This document shows, piece by piece, positions 53,024 through 64,000 of a stretch of 64,000 nucleotides of DNA. Origin of the DNA: Salpingoeca rosetta (Eukaryota; Protista; Choanoflagellata); contig JAWQFM010000020.1 in the NCBI GenBank assembly GCA_033442325.1, positions 11,523-75,522 on the forward strand, given 5' to 3'. Made by a program: the position numbers and the translations under genes. A model generated the notes under the pieces. That model made no database searches. It was not told where the DNA came from and worked only from the letters and a program-made list of their open reading frames with translations. How positions within the stretch are numbered: the first letter of the stretch is position 1; each line of letters begins with the position of its first letter.

Positions 53024-53867
53024 GTGCATAACTTTGAACGGCTCGGCGATGCGATACATGACGAGTGGTTGAATCCAGACCTCAAACAGAACGAAGAGTG
53101 CCTTGTTTGATGGGAAGAAGCCAATCTGTTTCAAGACGTGCGTATCCTGCACTTGCGCCTGTATTGCGAAAGAAAGCATGTGCAGTATTGAGTGAGCAGA
53201 GAAGAGATGACAAACACAACAACCCCAATCAACCGCTAACAAAGCCACAAACCCATGTTTGCTCTCACATACGCAACAGCACACACACACACACACACGC
53301 CCACAAGCACAAGCACACGCGAGCACTTGCGACAAGGTCCATTGCGGCGCACCATTTGCACGATGGCTTTCAATGCCTCTTGGTTGTTGTCTTTTGAAAC
53401 TTGCAGCTTGCCCACCAAACACTGAATCTTGTACCCTGCGAGAGCGAGCGTGTCCACAGTGAGCTCGGTGACACAAGATCGTGTAGCATAGCCACAGCGG
53501 CGCACAAACACACCACACAGTAATGTATGCGTGTGTGCGTGTGTACGCACACATATACTCAACACACAATGACACAATACACACACGCGCACAACACACA
53601 GAAACATACACAATCACACCACACACACAATCACATACATGCACACACACACACACCTTGATCCATGTAGCTGCCGGTGTGAAGCGTCAAATCACCGCCA
53701 GCAGGTTTTGCTGTTGAGCAAAGCGGCTTGCCCATCGTCGGCCGTTGTGTCATGATGCGTGGTTTCTGTGCATCTTCGTTGTCCTCCCCACACACCGCAG
53801 CCATCACCACGTCCAACCCCAACGCATCCTCATCATCGCCACTTGGTCTGCTCCCACAGCCGCCCAT
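51601..53867 (-). CDS. N-myristoylated tyrosine-kinase-like pseudokinase (multi-exon)
   Basis: Starts MGGCGS. Kinase fold: CLVGK, HVLKQIGF, TLLDYLK...ILADISDGMAAL...FAHGNLS|CATCVV...FKVGPW, IRTAPELL, SHADAW|AFGVLVLEVF, CFAAPDSRPDF. Lacks the HRD Asp, the DFG motif and a normal Gly-loop. Confidence 0.8.
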
Positions 53868-54157
53868 CGCTGCCTTCGTTGTTGCTGCTGTCGATAGCCG
53901 TTAATATCTTCCTCCAATTCTCCACAACCGCCCCGCGGTCCTGCCTGGCTCTTCCTCCGAAGGAACAACAGGCAGCCGCCTGCAGCAGCTTGCACGAAGA
54001 AGAAGAGACACCCACCCCCACCAACACACCCACCAACATCAGTCGCTCCCTTGCTGCTTCGTTTTCTTCTACTTCTTCATCGCCGGTGTCTCCAACGTTT
54101 AGTCTTTCCCCTCCCCGCTCTTCTCGGTTGCCGTGAGTGTGGGCGCGCCGAAAGCAA

Positions 54158-61570
<7,413 letters not shown>

Positions 61571-61623
61571 TTATCTTGTGGTGTGCACATGTACACGCTG
61601 AGCGTGCGATTGCGGGATGCACG

Positions 61624-61709
<86 letters not shown>

Positions 61710-61977
61710 TTCTTGTTGGTGTGACGTGTTGCGTGTTTGTTCCCCTCGAAGCTCCCACCCGTTTGCTTGCAGGCATGTCGTTGATGAAAACGCATTGGTG
61801 TTGTTGTTGTGCTTGGAAATGAACGGAGACGTCATGGTTTCATGTAATGATAGGTGGACTGAAGTGTGCATGTGGTGTGTGTGTGTGCTAGGATGTATAG
61901 TATTCCACGAATAGAACGACGCAACGAAACAACGAAACAACGAAACAACAAAACACAACCCAGGCTTCCAGTTCACT

Positions 61978-63545
61978 TTACGTCAGCGCCTGCTCTCCAC
62001 CACCATCGTCGCCACCATCATCGCCATTGCTGTTGTCGTTGTCGTTGTTGTGGTGGTGTTCGGGCGGTTCAACCGCATCTGTAATCTCCGGAAGGTCTCC
62101 ATCATCCCCAACGTTAATCAACACTTGATCGTCATCGTCATCGTCATCGTCATTGGCATGGAAGCTGTTGCCTGACCGCGTGGGAGTGGCTTCAGCCGTG
62201 TGAGCTGGACCTGTGCTTGTTGATCGCTGATCTTCTCTTGACGCATGAGGCTGCTGCTGCCTCTGTTGTGATTGCTGCTGGGAGTCGTGAGATGGCTGTT
62301 GTAGTGGTTGCTGCTGTTGCTCTTGCTGCTGCTGCTGCTGCTGCTGCGATTGTTGGTGCGGCGGTGTTGTGCCGACGGCTGCATGCACGCTTCGCTCCAG
62401 GTTCTGCTGCTCAAGCGAGTGCAAAATGTGCTTGTAACCGAGGGCAAGCGCGGCTGCGAGGGCGCCGGGTACGCTGTTCTCCCCAAGCATCTCAACGGCC
62501 TTCTTGTCCTTGTTGCGCACGGCAAAGTACAGCGCACTCCGCCCAAACGCGTTTGTCGCATTCACTGCAAAAAAAAAAGAGGGAAATGGAAGCGGGAGCG
62601 GGCGGTGCGAGCGCGGGGTGAGGCCAACTGTTGACTTGTGTGCATGTGTACATATATGTGTGTGTGTGCGTGTGTGTGCGTGTGTGTGCGTGTGTGCCTT
62701 CACCAATAGCAATGTGGTGCTATGCACTCACCAATGCACCAACGCACCAACGCACCGACACGCACCATCACAGCCCGCAGCGATGAGCAGCTGTGCGATT
62801 TCAAGATAGTAACGCTTCCGGTGCTTCAAGCACAGCATCAGAGGCGTCATGCCTGTGCCATCCCTATCCAAACACAAATACACGCACACAGATATACACA
62901 TGCATACGCACACACATGCACACAGATACGCACACATGCACACAGATACGCACACATGCACACACAACAAGAGTGAGTGAACCCCTGGTGTGATATCAGC
63001 ACCAGCATCTATCCAGCCAATCACGCCCACACACTCGCACATACTGTGTGGCCTGCTTACATGAGGTCGACGTTTGCCTTGTGGTTGATGAGCTGTGTGG
63101 CAACCTCGAAGGAGCCGTGGATGCAGGCGACGTGCAGGGCCGTCTGCCGCGTGCGAGGATGCACCTCGTTCACGTTCGCGCCATACTCTGTCATGAGGTG
63201 GAAGCAGTCCTCAATGTCATTGGCCTCTGCATCTGCAAAGAGGGTGTGCTGCTTGAACGTTGTGGCCCTGCTCCGGTGCTGCGGCGATCCGGCCACGGGC
63301 GACGCCGCCAGCGACCTCATCTGTTGCCGGTGCCATGCGGAAGGGGCGGTGTCGTACCCACCACCGTGCGACGACGAGGACGACCCGTGCCTGCTGACGC
63401 CTGCGCGTGCAAGGTGCGGGGTCGAAGCACTCAGCGCGCTGCGCAGCGAGTCCTCTGCACTCCGCCCATGAGGGTGGTGGTGTCTGCGTTGCTTCTTGAG
63501 CTGCCGCTTCGCCCAGTACAGCTCCTGCCACTCATCACCGTCCAT
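61978..63545 (-). CDS. Ankyrin-repeat protein with a Q-rich/acidic C-terminal tail (multi-exon)
   Basis: MDGDEWQELYW...YGANVNEVHPRTRQTALHVACIHGSFEVATQLINHKANVDL, DRDGTGMTPLMLCL...IAQLLIAAGCD, VNATNAFGRSALYFAVRN. Confidence 0.8.
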
Positions 63546-63644
63546 CGTCGCCGTGGTTGTCTTGTTGTCGTCTCGTTGTGCTTTGATTGGTTTTTTTTTT
63601 TTTGTGTGTGTGTGTGGAAGGAAGAGAAGATAAGGCACAAAACA

Positions 63645-63692
<48 letters not shown>

Positions 63693-64000
63693 CCACAACA
63701 AGCACGCACTGCACTGCACTCTTGCACACAGAGTCCACTGCTGAGCTTGAGCCATGGCGAGGGATGCTGCGTACCAGGACGAGCGGGCGTGGATCACGGC
63801 CGAGGATGCAGCCCGCCGCCACGAGAAGACAAAGTGCTGTACGTTTAACCCACTTGAGCACTACCAGCCAGAGTGCACGCAGACAAGCGTTGTTCTTCTT
63901 GTCATTGTGGGTTGTCTCACGATTGTATGTGTATATGACCTTGTGTGGTTGTTCTCCCCATCTCCGCTTTGCCATCGTCACATGTATGTGCCCTCCCTCT

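Overview
Eukaryotic, intron-rich, GC-rich DNA with (GT)n/(CA)n-filled introns. The style and gene content (KLC-type TPR family, receptor tyrosine kinase, rhophilin, Slo2 channel) point to a choanoflagellate, most likely Salpingoeca rosetta; this is an inference, no search was run. Left to right: (1) ~2.8 kb of decayed gene pieces, where a Cys-rich repeat gene with an in-frame stop is joined directly to a two-exon FANCD2 fragment; (2) a TIR/HET-like + 11xTPR + PH gene (-), head-to-head with an intronless secreted 7-repeat beta-propeller gene (+); (3) TMEM39-like (+); (4) SH3-HR1-BRO1-PDZ rhophilin-like (-); (5) GH63/YMR196W-type glycosidase (-); (6) KCNT/Slo2-type K+ channel (+); (7) SPMIP1-like ciliary protein (-); (8) CAP-Gly/ankyrin/PH-like protein (-); (9) a small acidic orphan (-), head-to-head with a secreted GH28 (+); (10) a myristoylated tyrosine-kinase-like pseudokinase (-), head-to-head with an LRR/LDLa receptor tyrosine kinase (+); (11) an ankyrin protein (-). 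There are three 100-N gaps. Multi-exon CDS coordinates are start-to-stop spans including introns, read by eye. Homologies rest on recalled motifs. The best leads are the RTK/pseudokinase pair, the TIR/HET-TPR receptor-like gene, the FANCD2 chimera, the 5'-GT/3'-CA polarity of intron repeats, and the altered Na+-sensor site of the Slo2 channel.
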